From an uncultured Acidobacteriota bacterium (GTDB lineage Bacteria > Acidobacteriota > Thermoanaerobaculia > UBA5066 > Gp7-AA6), in contig CAWGKP010000011.1 in the NCBI GenBank assembly GCA_963823185.1, positions 413,805 through 477,804 of the forward strand: 64,000 bases of DNA, in the 5' to 3' direction. Of the stretch, positions 48,817 through 58,100 are shown piece by piece. Made by a program: the position numbers and the translations under genes. The notes under the pieces are model-generated. The model was not told the origin of the DNA and ran no database searches. It worked only from the letters and a program-made list of their open reading frames with translations. Numbering within the stretch: the stretch's first letter is position 1; the number at the start of each line of letters is the position of its first letter.

Positions 48817-51800
48817 ATGAAACGATTCCTGCGTCCCGGTCTCGTGTGCCTCCTGGCCTTCCTCGGCAGCGTCGCGTCGCCCGCCGACGACAGCCGCCCC
48901 GGACGCGATCCCTCCCAGGCGATCGACGAGGCCTACACCAAGAAGATCCGCGAGTACACGACCGAGCCGTTCTTCCTCTCGCCGCTGGTCGACTACCTGC
49001 CGGCGGCCCCCGGCATCCCGACGCCGCAGTCGGTCCTCGGCGACGTGGCGGGCGCGCCCGGGAAGCTCCCCCACTCCGCCGAGGTCTACCGTTACTTCCA
49101 CGATCTGGCCGCGGCCTCGCCGCGCGTCCGCGTGCGCTCGATCGGCAAGACCGAGGAAGGGCGCGACATGATCGTCGTGACGGTCGCCTCCGAGGCCCTC
49201 CTCGCGAAGCTCGACGAGAACCGCGACCGGCTCGCGAAGCTGGCCGACCCGCGCACGATCGGTCTCGACGATGCCCAGGCCGAGAAGCTCGTCGCGCCGT
49301 CGGTGCCCGTCTACTACATCACCGGCACGATCCACTCCCCCGAGACCGGCGCGCCCACGGCGCTCATGGAGCTCGCCTACCGGCTCGCCGCCGACGAGAG
49401 CCCCTACATCCGGTTCATCCGCGAGCACGTCGTCACGATGATCACGCCGATCGTCGAGGTGGACGGGCGCGACCGGATGGCGGACGTCTACGCCTGGCAT
49501 CTCGCCCACCCCGGCCAGAACTGGCCGCCGCTCGTCTACTGGGGGCACTACGTCGCGCACGACAACAACCGCGACGCGATGGGCTTGACGCTCGCGCTTT
49601 CGCGCAACATCCTCGCGGCGTACCTCGACGCGAAGGCGCAGGTCCTCCACGACCTGCACGAGTCGGTGCCCTACCTCTACGACAACACCGTCGGCGACGG
49701 GCCCTACAACGCGTGGCTCGACCCGATCGTCACGAACGAGTGGCAGATGTTCGGGTGGAACAACGTCCAGGAGATGACGCGGTTCGGGATGCCCGGCGTC
49801 TTCACGCACGGCAACTTCGACACGTGGTCGCCCGGCTACCTCATGTTCATGGCTGCGACCCACAACGGCGTATCGCGTCTCTACGAGACCTTCGGGAACG
49901 CGGGCGCCGACACCGTCGAGCGCACGCTCTCGCCCGGCGAGTACGGCCGGACCTGGTACCGCCAGAACCCGCCGCTGCCGAAGGCGAAGTGGTCGCAGCG
50001 CAACAACAACAACTACGAGCAGACGGGTCTGCTCGTCTCGCTGCACTACGCCGCGGAGAACCGGGCCGAGCTCCTCCGGAACTTCTACTTGAAGGGCAAG
50101 CGCGCGATCGAGAAGCCCAAGCGCGAGGGCCCGGCGGCCTACGTCTTCACCGCGGACGACCCGCGCCTCGGCGCGCAGGCGGAGCTCCTGCGCATCCTGC
50201 AGCTCCAGGGCTGCGAAATCCATCGCGCGACCGCGGCTTTCAGCGCCGTCGTCTCCTCGCCGACGAAGCCGAAGAAGGACGAGAAGACGGCAGACAAGGA
50301 CAAGGACAAGGCCGCCGACAAGGACAAGGACGCCGCCGAAAAGGCCGACAAGAAGACGGAAAAACCCGCGCCGGAGACGAAGACCTTCCCCGCGGGCAGC
50401 TACCTCGTCCGGATGGACCAGCCGTACAGCCGCATCGCCGACGCGATGCTCGACTACCAGTACTGGAGCCCGAACGACCCGCAGAAGACGCCCTACGACG
50501 ACACGGGCTGGACCTTCGGCGAGCTCTTCGGCGTCGACGTCCGGCGGGCGATCGACCCGAAGGTGCTGCAGGCGGCGATGGAGCGCGTAAACGCGCCCGT
50601 CGCGGCGCCGGGAAGCCTGCAGGGCAACGGCACGGTCTTCGCCGTCAATCACAACGCCGACTCGGCGCTCGCGACGCTGCGGTTCCGATTCCCGAAGGCG
50701 ACCTTCGATGCCGCGGAGGAGGCTTTCGACGCGGCCGGCCGGAAGTTCTCCCGCGGCTCGTTCCTCATCCGCGACGCCGACCGCGAGGAGCTTTCGCGCG
50801 CCGCGTCGGAGCTCGGCCTGCGCGTCGCGGCGCTGCCCGCGGCGCCCAAGGTCGCGACGCACCCGCTCCGCGTGCCGCGCATCGCCCTTCTCCACACGTG
50901 GATCTGGACGCAGGACGAAGGCTGGTGGCGCCAGGCGTTCGACATGCGCAAGGTCCCGTTCGAGTACATCTCGACGCAGGTCGTGGCGAAGACGCCGGAT
51001 CTCCGTTCCCGCTACGACGTCATCGTGTTCCCGCCGACGGGAGTCGGGCCGCGCATGACGGTCCAGGGCGTGCCGATGTGGGGCAACCCGGTCCCGTGGA
51101 AGACGACCGACCTCACGCCGAACCTCGGCACGCCGGACGCGACCGACGACATGCGGCCCGGGCTGGATCTCTCCGGTGTCGCGAACCTGCGCCGGTTCGT
51201 CGCGGAGGGCGGGCTCCTCGTGACCGCAATGGACACCTCGGAGCTCGCCGTCGAGTACGGGCTCGCGCCCGGAGTCTCGATCGCCGAGAGCGAGAAGTTG
51301 AAGCTGACCGGCAGCGTCGTGCGGGCGAAGGTGGTGGACGGCGCGTCCCCGATCGCCTACGGCTATCCGGAGAGCCCGGCGATCTTCTCCTTCGATGGGC
51401 CGATCTTCAATCTCTCCAACGTGGCGGGACGCCGCGGCAACCGCCGGTTCCCCGACCAGAAGGAGCGGGCGACGGGCCGCGGTACGGCGGACGATCCCGA
51501 TTTCGTCGTGGGCCGCCCCGCCGTCGAAGCGCCCGAGCAGCCCAAGGCCGAGCCGTGGGAGGCGCTGCCGCTCACGGACGAGCAGCGCCGCAACAACCCC
51601 TTCGTCGTCCCGCCCGCGTACCGGCCGCGCGTGCCACTGCGTTACGGCGACGCCAAGGACCTGCTCGTCTCGGGCCTGCTCGAGGGAGGAAGCGAGATCG
51701 CGCAGCATCCCGCGGTCGTGGACGTCCCGCTCGAGAAGGGACACGTGGTGCTCTTCTCGAACAATCCGTTCTGGCGCGGCGAGACCCGCGGCAGCGAGTT

Positions 51801-51867
51801 CCTCGTCTTCAACGCGATCCTGAACTGGGATGGCTTGAACGCGGGACGGAAGGACGCCAAGGAGTGA
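48817..51867 (+). CDS. secreted M14-family zinc carboxypeptidase-like protein
   Basis: Signal peptide, GKTEEGR, IHSPE (HxxE), DGRD, HDNNRD and DLHE motifs; C-terminal glutamine-amidotransferase-like domain. Confidence 0.88.
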   Translation: MKRFLRPGLVCLLAFLGSVASPADDSRPGRDPSQAIDEAYTKKIREYTTEPFFLSPLVDYLPAAPGIPTPQSVLGDVAGAPGKLPHSAEVYRYFHDLAAASPRVRVRSIGKTEEGRDMIVVTVASEALLAKLDENRDRLAKLADPRTIGLDDAQAEKLVAPSVPVYYITGTIHSPETGAPTALMELAYRLAADESPYIRFIREHVVTMITPIVEVDGRDRMADVYAWHLAHPGQNWPPLVYWGHYVAHDNNRDAMGLTLALSRNILAAYLDAKAQVLHDLHESVPYLYDNTVGDGPYNAWLDPIVTNEWQMFGWNNVQEMTRFGMPGVFTHGNFDTWSPGYLMFMAATHNGVSRLYETFGNAGADTVERTLSPGEYGRTWYRQNPPLPKAKWSQRNNNNYEQTGLLVSLHYAAENRAELLRNFYLKGKRAIEKPKREGPAAYVFTADDPRLGAQAELLRILQLQGCEIHRATAAFSAVVSSPTKPKKDEKTADKDKDKAADKDKDAAEKADKKTEKPAPETKTFPAGSYLVRMDQPYSRIADAMLDYQYWSPNDPQKTPYDDTGWTFGELFGVDVRRAIDPKVLQAAMERVNAPVAAPGSLQGNGTVFAVNHNADSALATLRFRFPKATFDAAEEAFDAAGRKFSRGSFLIRDADREELSRAASELGLRVAALPAAPKVATHPLRVPRIALLHTWIWTQDEGWWRQAFDMRKVPFEYISTQVVAKTPDLRSRYDVIVFPPTGVGPRMTVQGVPMWGNPVPWKTTDLTPNLGTPDATDDMRPGLDLSGVANLRRFVAEGGLLVTAMDTSELAVEYGLAPGVSIAESEKLKLTGSVVRAKVVDGASPIAYGYPESPAIFSFDGPIFNLSNVAGRRGNRRFPDQKERATGRGTADDPDFVVGRPAVEAPEQPKAEPWEALPLTDEQRRNNPFVVPPAYRPRVPLRYGDAKDLLVSGLLEGGSEIAQHPAVVDVPLEKGHVVLFSNNPFWRGETRGSEFLVFNAILNWDGLNAGRKDAKE

Positions 51868-51880
51868 CGGTCCCGCGGTT

Positions 51881-52642
51881 CTAGGACCCCGCCTGTCCGT
51901 CCAGAAGCTCCTTCAGCCGCGCGTGGCCCTCGCGGCTCACCGGGATGCGCGTCCCGTCGGCGAGGATCGCCACGTGGCTGTTCTTCGAGTAGAGCGCCAC
52001 GCGCCGGATGCGGTCGAGCGCCACGAGATAGGACCGGTGCACGCGCAGGAAGCGGCGCGGATCGAGCGTCTCGGCGAGCGAGGCGAGCGTCTGGGCCTTG
52101 CGATAGGCCTTCCCCTCCGACCTGAGGACGACGCCGTCGTCCTGCGCCTCGACGTAGTCGAGCTTGCCGATCGGGATCACGTGGACATCGGCGCCGTCGC
52201 GGACCGCGAGCCGCGAGGCCCACGTCCCGGCGGGGCGCAGCGCGGCCGAGAGCTTCGCGGGATCCGGCCGCCGCCGCTGCCGGGCGCGCTCGCGGGCGCG
52301 GGCCAGCGCTTCGAGCAGGCGCTCGGGGCGGAACGGCTTGAGCACGTAATCCACCGCCTCCACCTCGAACGCCTTGACGGCGTACTGGTCGTACGCGGTC
52401 ACGAGGACCACGGCGATCGACGGATCGAGGAGCTCCATTACCTCGAAACCGTCGAGGCGCGGCATCTCGATGTCCAGGAAGACCGCGTCGGGGCGCTCCT
52501 GTGCGGCAACGCGCAAGGCCTCGAGGCCATTGGCGCAGAGGCCTGCGACGCGGACTCCCGGCGCGCGCGAGAGGAGCTCTCCGAGCAGCGTCCGCGCCGG
52601 TTCCTCGTCGTCCACGACGAGCACGCGGACCTCCTCCGTCAC
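51881..52642 (-). CDS. LytTR family response regulator
   Basis: REC motifs VVDDE, FLDIEMP and TAYD..KP; LytTR motif FLRVHRSYLV; GTG start overlaps the kinase stop. Confidence 0.93.
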   Translation of the reverse strand: MTEEVRVLVVDDEEPARTLLGELLSRAPGVRVAGLCANGLEALRVAAQERPDAVFLDIEMPRLDGFEVMELLDPSIAVVLVTAYDQYAVKAFEVEAVDYVLKPFRPERLLEALARARERARQRRRPDPAKLSAALRPAGTWASRLAVRDGADVHVIPIGKLDYVEAQDDGVVLRSEGKAYRKAQTLASLAETLDPRRFLRVHRSYLVALDRIRRVALYSKNSHVAILADGTRIPVSREGHARLKELLDGQAGS

Positions 52643-53706
52643 GCCGTCCCTTCGACGCGCGCGGGGACCGAGATGACGGCCAGATGGCGGCCGTCGAGGC
52701 GCTTGGCCGCGAAGATGGCGTCGGCGCCGTAGAGCGCCTCGAGCCGGTCGCGCACGATCTTCAAGCCGAGCCCGCTCCGCGGGCGCGCTGGCGACTCCGG
52801 ATCGAAGGGATTCTCGACGACGATCCGCAGCCGGTTGCCGGCCCGGCGGGCCTCGAGCCTCACCGTGCCTCCCTCGACGAGCGTCGCGATCCCGTGCACC
52901 ACCGCGTTCTCGACGAGCGGCTGCAGGAGCAGCGGCGGCACGAGGCAACTCCGCCCCGACGCCTCGATGTCCTCCTCGACCGCGAGGCGGCTCCCGAAGC
53001 GGATCCGCTCGACATCCAGGTAATGTCTCACGAGGGACAGCTCTTCGCCGACGGAGATCGCCGGCCGCTCGCCCGCCGCCAGGCTCTGACGCAGGAATTC
53101 CGCGAGCTCGATGCACATGCGGCGCGCGGCGTCCGGATCGCTCCCGATCAGCCCGCTGACGGCGTTCAGGCTGTTGTAGAGGAAGTGCGGCTGGATGCGG
53201 GCCTTCAGGGCGTGGAGCTCGGCCTCGCGCGCCAGCAACTCGAGCTCCGCCTCCTTGCGCTCGCGTTCGCGCGCGGCCTCGAGGGAAATCAGAACGTAGT
53301 GCAGCCCGGCCGAGAGGAGATAGAGGAGGATGCCCGCGGCGAAAAGAGCGGGCACCTGGAGCTCGTAGAGATCCGTCAGGTCGGAGAACGCCGGCACCTC
53401 GGCGAGCAGCCGCGCGAAGCCCGCCCCGAGGAACACCCAGAACGCCGAGACGAGCAGCGCCGCCGTCCCCTGCGTCGCGAAGAGGCGCGCCCACCGGCCG
53501 CTCTCGAGCGGCATCGCGCGGCACGGATAGAAGGCCGACAGCGAAAGGAATGCCGAGAGGAGCGTCATCGGAATCGCGAGCGCCGCCGCCTCGCCAACCG
53601 GCATTCGCCCCCCGCCCGCGAGGAGGGCCGTCAGCACCGCGGCGAGCGGCGCCGTCGCCGCGAGGTACGGGAGGAGCCGGCCGCGCCGCGCCAGGATCGG
53701 ATGCAT
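52639..53706 (-). CDS. LytS/YehU-type sensor histidine kinase
   Basis: Four TM helices, LKARIQPHFLYNSLN, E.IRFG.RL, LQPLVENAVVHG and GLGL motifs. Confidence 0.93.
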   Translation of the reverse strand: MHPILARRGRLLPYLAATAPLAAVLTALLAGGGRMPVGEAAALAIPMTLLSAFLSLSAFYPCRAMPLESGRWARLFATQGTAALLVSAFWVFLGAGFARLLAEVPAFSDLTDLYELQVPALFAAGILLYLLSAGLHYVLISLEAARERERKEAELELLAREAELHALKARIQPHFLYNSLNAVSGLIGSDPDAARRMCIELAEFLRQSLAAGERPAISVGEELSLVRHYLDVERIRFGSRLAVEEDIEASGRSCLVPPLLLQPLVENAVVHGIATLVEGGTVRLEARRAGNRLRIVVENPFDPESPARPRSGLGLKIVRDRLEALYGADAIFAAKRLDGRHLAVISVPARVEGTA

Positions 53707-53743
53707 CGCTATGCCGCTTCCGTTCCCGGCGGCCCGCCGCCGG

Positions 53744-54583
53744 TCAGTTCTTCACCTCGACGCCGCCCATGATCGCGGCGCCCTTGATGATCAGCTTCTT
53801 GCGCGGCCCCGAGGACTCCGGAAGAGGCTTCGCGGTGTTGGCGAACATGCCGAGGATGGGGGTGCCCTGCAGGACCACGTACCAGTCCTGCGGCACCTTC
53901 AGCTCGATGCCCCCGAAGAGCGTGAAGATCTCGATGGTCGCCGAGTCGCCCTGGATCTGGGCGCCGCGCAGGTCGATCTCGAAGCCGCCGAGGATCGCCG
54001 TGACCTCGCCGCCGCGGAAATCCTGCGAGTGGACGACGAGCTCTCCGCCGCCCATGAGCGCGAACTCCGACAGGACCGAGTCGCGCGCCTCGGGGTCGCC
54101 CCGGAGACCGCGCGTCGCGACGAGGCCGGCCAGTGCTCCCTGCGCGGCCCGTTCGCTCGGCCCGGGCTCGGGCTCGGACGGCTTCGGCGACGAGGACGCG
54201 GGATCCGGCGACGGGCCGGGCGGCGTCGGCGGCGCCGCTCCCGCCGGGGCGCGGCCGCGAATCGCCTGCCAGATGAGGGTGCCGCCGATCAGAACGAGGA
54301 GCAGCGGCCACGCCGAGCGCAGCCGGAACCAGGGAACGTGGAGCGCGCGCAGAAGAAAGATCGCGCCGAGAAAGAGGAGCACGAGGCCGCCGACGCTGTC
54401 CTCCGGACGACGGGTCGAGAAGAGCCTCGTGATGCCCAGGATGATCAGGACGACGGGCCAGAAGCGAATCACCTCGCGCGCGTCGATCAGACCGAGGTTG
54501 TCGAGCAGGAAGAGGACGCCGAGAACGATCAGGATGGCGCCGGCCACGAAGCGGCCGGCGAGCTGGGGCGACCGGTCCTTCAC
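53744..54583 (-). CDS. LiaF-like cell-envelope stress membrane protein (DUF5668-type TM region plus C-terminal repeat domain)
   Basis: G.ILI.LG.LFLL.N..FWP TM pattern, Pro-rich linker and GG-x-E-I-DLR / FGGIELKVP repeats. Confidence 0.82.
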   Translation of the reverse strand: MKDRSPQLAGRFVAGAILIVLGVLFLLDNLGLIDAREVIRFWPVVLIILGITRLFSTRRPEDSVGGLVLLFLGAIFLLRALHVPWFRLRSAWPLLLVLIGGTLIWQAIRGRAPAGAAPPTPPGPSPDPASSSPKPSEPEPGPSERAAQGALAGLVATRGLRGDPEARDSVLSEFALMGGGELVVHSQDFRGGEVTAILGGFEIDLRGAQIQGDSATIEIFTLFGGIELKVPQDWYVVLQGTPILGMFANTAKPLPESSGPRKKLIIKGAAIMGGVEVKN

Positions 54584-54957
54584 GACGGGCCTCCGATGGC
54601 GCCGGCGGCACGCTTCCGAGCGAAGAGTCCCTCCGCGATCATCGCGAATCCGGCGATCACGCAGACGATCGGCCAGAAGTCGCGCATCGAGAGGTCCATC
54701 CAGTCGAATCGATCGGCCAGAAGCAGCGCGCCGAGCCCGACGAGGATCGCGCCGGAGACGACGTGACGGCCGCGCTTCGGGGCGAGGATGCGCGTCGCGC
54801 CGACCCAGACCAGCAGGAGCGGCCAGTAGTCGACGATCCTTCCCACGTGGACGTAACCGAAGTTCTTCAGCACGAGCAGCGACCCGACCAGGAGGAGCAG
54901 GACGCCTCCGACGAGTCTGGAGTTTCGCTGGCCTTCTTCGGACGAGGGCGAAGTCAT
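54580..54957 (-). CDS. small LiaI/DUF5668-like membrane protein
   Basis: Two copies of the G..L..VG.LL.L..F..(Y/F)WP pattern; GAAGGAG SD. Confidence 0.8.
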   Translation of the reverse strand: MTSPSSEEGQRNSRLVGGVLLLLVGSLLVLKNFGYVHVGRIVDYWPLLLVWVGATRILAPKRGRHVVSGAILVGLGALLLADRFDWMDLSMRDFWPIVCVIAGFAMIAEGLFARKRAAGAIGGPS

Positions 54958-55015
54958 GTCGATCTCCTTCTCCTCGCGAGAGACTACGGGGCCGACGCGC
55001 TTTCGACACCATCTC

Positions 55016-55052
55016 GCCGGCCAACGGTGGCACCCGGCCGGTCAACGGTGGC
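55016..55052 (-). promoter_or_regulatory. LytTR-type direct-repeat binding site
   Basis: GCCGG(C/T)CAACGGTGGC occurs twice (15/16 identical) at a 21-bp period; the minus-strand core ACCGTTG(G/A)C fits the LytTR box; TAGTCT -10-like hexamer at 54981-54986 on the minus strand. Confidence 0.7.
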
Positions 55053-55103
55053 TCCGGACGGGCCGCCGGTCGGGCAAAGTAGAATCCGCGACGGCCGCGT
55101 CGC

Positions 55104-58055
55104 ATGATCTGCCCTACCTGCCAGACTCCCAACCCCGACGGGGCGGTCGTCTGCCTGAAGTGCTCCGGAGGGCTCACGATCCGACTCTCGAATTCCGGGA
55201 CGGATTCCGACCACGAAGCCATGCAGACCATCACCCCACCCTCCAACTTCCAGGAATGGGCGAAGGGACAGGCTCTCTACTCGACGCCCGTCTCCCTGGT
55301 GATGCCGGAAGGGGTCGAGATCGGCCACCGCTACAAGGTCATCCGGCTCCTCGGAGTGGGCGGCATGGGAGCGGTCTACCGCGTTCACGACCGCGAGCTC
55401 GACCGCGACGTCGCCCTGAAACTCATCCGCGGGGAGATCGCCAACAGCCCCGAGACCCTCGAGCGCTTCAAACGCGAGATCCAGCTCTCGAGCAGGGTCA
55501 CGCACCGCAACGTCCTGCGGGTCTTCGACCTCGGTCAAACGGAGGGAATCAAGTACCTCACGATGGAGTATGTCGAGGGCGAGGACCTCGCGGGGCTCCT
55601 GAAACGCGAGAAGCGTCTTCCGATCGCCCGGACACTCACGATCTTTCGGCAGATCTGCGAAGGCCTCCAGGCGGCCCACGAGAAGGGAGTCATTCACCGC
55701 GACCTGAAGCCGCAGAACGTCATGATCAACGCCGAAGATCACGTCTACCTGATGGACTTCGGGCTCGCCAAGACGGCGGAGCAGACGGGCGTGACGCAGA
55801 CGGGCGCGGTCATCGGCACGCCCAACTACATGTCCCCCGAGCAGGTGAAGGGCCTGCCGGTCGGCCCGCAGTCGGACATCTACTCGATGGGGATCATCCT
55901 GTACGAGATCCTCACCGGCGTCGTGCCCTTCACGGGCAAGTCGGTGTTCGAGGTGATGGTCGCGCGGGTTCAGAAGCCGCCGCGCCGCGCGACCGAGCTC
56001 AATCCGGAAATCCCCGGATACCTCCAGAAGATCATGGACCGTTGCCTGGCGATCGACCCGACGCTGCGGTACCAGAACGCCGGCGAGATTCTGGCGGACC
56101 TCGACAGCGGCTCCTTCCGGCCGACGATGCGCTACCGGATCCATCGGCGTCGCTGGATCGGCCCCGCCGCCGGGGCGGTGGCGCTGGTGGCCGTGCTGGC
56201 GGCGGGCGGCTTCTGGCTCTATCGCAAGGGGCGCGCCGCGCCTTCCGCTGCCGCCCATAAGACGCAGTCGGTCCTCGTCGCCGACTTCGCCAACCACACC
56301 GGCGATGCGGTCTTCGACGGAACGCTCGAGCCGGCATTCACGCTGGCGCTCGAGGGCGCCTCGTTCGTCAGCTCCTACAACCGCAATGCGGCCAAGAAGG
56401 TCGCCTCCCAGCTCCAACCGGGAGCGACGGGACTCGACCAGACTCTCGCACGCCTCGTCGCCGTCCGGGAGGGCGTCAACGTCGTCACCGCGGGATCCGT
56501 CGACAAGCGAGGGGACGGCTATTCCGTCTCGGTCCGCGCGGTCGATGCGGCGACCGGCAAGACGATCGCGAGCGACGAGGAGCAGGCGTCCGGCAAGGAG
56601 GCCGTGCTCGCCACCGTCGCCCGGCTCGCCGCCAAGGTCCGCCGGGCCCTCGGCGACGCCACTCCCGAGTCGACGCAGCTCGCGGCGGCCGAGACGTACA
56701 CGGCCGGCTCGGTCGAGGCGGCGCACGAGTATGCGATCGCCCAGAATCTCCAGTGGGACGGCAAGTGGGACGAGGCGATCCGGGGCTATCGCAAGGCTCT
56801 GGACCTCGACGCCAACCTCGGCCGCGCCTACGCCGGCCTCGCGGCGGTCGAGAGCAACCGGGGCCAGCGCCAGGAAGCCGAGAGCTACTACAAGCAGGCG
56901 CTGTCCCGGATCGACCGCATGAGCGATCGCGAGAAGTACCGCACGCGCGGCGGCTATTACCTGCTCATCCGCAATCCCGACAACGCCATCGAGGAATTCA
57001 GCGCGCTCGTCAAGCAGTACCCCGCCGACACCGCCGGGATCGCGAACCTGGCCTTCGCCTACTTCCTCCGCCGCGACATGCCGCGCGCCCTTCAGGAGGC
57101 GCGCCAGGCCGTCGACGCCTATCCCAGGAACGTGCCGCAGCGGAACAACCTCGGCCTCTACGCGATGTACGCGGGGGATTTCCAGACCGCGATCAAGGAA
57201 CAGGACGAGGTGCTCCGCCTGAACCCGAAGTTCGTTCTGGCCTACGTCGGCAAGGCCCTGTCCCAGCTCGCGCTCGGCCATCCGGACCAGGCGGCCGAGA
57301 CCTACCGACAGGCCGCCGCCATCGACGCGCGCGGCGCCTCGCTCGCGGCCATGGGCCTGGCGGACATCGCCCTGACGCTGGGCCGGCCGGGCGAGGCGGT
57401 CCCGATCCTCGCAAAGGGAGTCGAAGCGGACGGGGCGAACCAGGACTCCGAGGCCGCGGCCGAGAAGCTCGTCGCGCTCGCGGAGGCCCACCTCGCGCTG
57501 CGCGATCCCGCGGCCGCGGTCGCGGCGGCCGAGCGGGCGATCGCGATGGCGCGCGGGGAGAACGTCCTGTATCCGGCCGCGCAGGTGTATCTGGCGACGG
57601 GGCGGGAGACCAGGGCCCTCGCGCTCGCGACCGAGCTCGGCGCGCGCCTGGAGCCCGACCCTCAGGCCTACGCCGAGCTGATCCGCGGGGAAGCGGAGCT
57701 CGCCCGCAACCGCCCGCCGGAAGCGATCCGGCGATTCCAGGCGGCGAAGAAGATCGCCGACACGTGGGCGGGGCGCCTCGACCTCGGGAAGTCGTATCTC
57801 GCGGCCAAGGCATTTCCCGAGGCCGACGCCGAGCTCGAGGCCTGCCTGAAGCGCCGCGGCGAGGCCACAGCGATCTTCCTCGACGAGTCCCCGAGCTACC
57901 GGGTCTTCCCGCCCGTCTCCTACTACCTCGGCCTCGCGCGGGAGGGCCTCAAGAGCCCCGGCGCCGCGGACGCCTTCAAGAGCTTCCTCGCGTTCCGGCC
58001 GTCCGAAGGCGACCCGCTCGCGGCGGACGCGAAGCGGCGACTCGGCGGCAAGTAG
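55104..58055 (+). CDS. membrane Ser/Thr kinase with zinc ribbon and extracytoplasmic TPR array
   Basis: CPTC..CLKC, GVGGMG, VALK, HRDLKPQN, DFG and YMSPEQ motifs; TM helix; VLVADFANHTGD domain; multiple TPR-like helices. Confidence 0.94.
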   Translation: MICPTCQTPNPDGAVVCLKCSGGLTIRLSNSGTDSDHEAMQTITPPSNFQEWAKGQALYSTPVSLVMPEGVEIGHRYKVIRLLGVGGMGAVYRVHDRELDRDVALKLIRGEIANSPETLERFKREIQLSSRVTHRNVLRVFDLGQTEGIKYLTMEYVEGEDLAGLLKREKRLPIARTLTIFRQICEGLQAAHEKGVIHRDLKPQNVMINAEDHVYLMDFGLAKTAEQTGVTQTGAVIGTPNYMSPEQVKGLPVGPQSDIYSMGIILYEILTGVVPFTGKSVFEVMVARVQKPPRRATELNPEIPGYLQKIMDRCLAIDPTLRYQNAGEILADLDSGSFRPTMRYRIHRRRWIGPAAGAVALVAVLAAGGFWLYRKGRAAPSAAAHKTQSVLVADFANHTGDAVFDGTLEPAFTLALEGASFVSSYNRNAAKKVASQLQPGATGLDQTLARLVAVREGVNVVTAGSVDKRGDGYSVSVRAVDAATGKTIASDEEQASGKEAVLATVARLAAKVRRALGDATPESTQLAAAETYTAGSVEAAHEYAIAQNLQWDGKWDEAIRGYRKALDLDANLGRAYAGLAAVESNRGQRQEAESYYKQALSRIDRMSDREKYRTRGGYYLLIRNPDNAIEEFSALVKQYPADTAGIANLAFAYFLRRDMPRALQEARQAVDAYPRNVPQRNNLGLYAMYAGDFQTAIKEQDEVLRLNPKFVLAYVGKALSQLALGHPDQAAETYRQAAAIDARGASLAAMGLADIALTLGRPGEAVPILAKGVEADGANQDSEAAAEKLVALAEAHLALRDPAAAVAAAERAIAMARGENVLYPAAQVYLATGRETRALALATELGARLEPDPQAYAELIRGEAELARNRPPEAIRRFQAAKKIADTWAGRLDLGKSYLAAKAFPEADAELEACLKRRGEATAIFLDESPSYRVFPPVSYYLGLAREGLKSPGAADAFKSFLAFRPSEGDPLAADAKRRLGGK

Positions 58056-58058
58056 AGA

Positions 58059-58092
58059 GCGGCGGCGGAGGCCGAAGCCTCCGCGCCGCCGC
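58059..58092. terminator. GC-rich hairpin between convergent genes (possible terminator)
   Basis: GCGGCGGCGGAGGC-CGAA-GCCTCCGCGCCGCCGC; no U-tract on either strand. Confidence 0.45.
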
Positions 58093-58100
58093 GGACCGTG

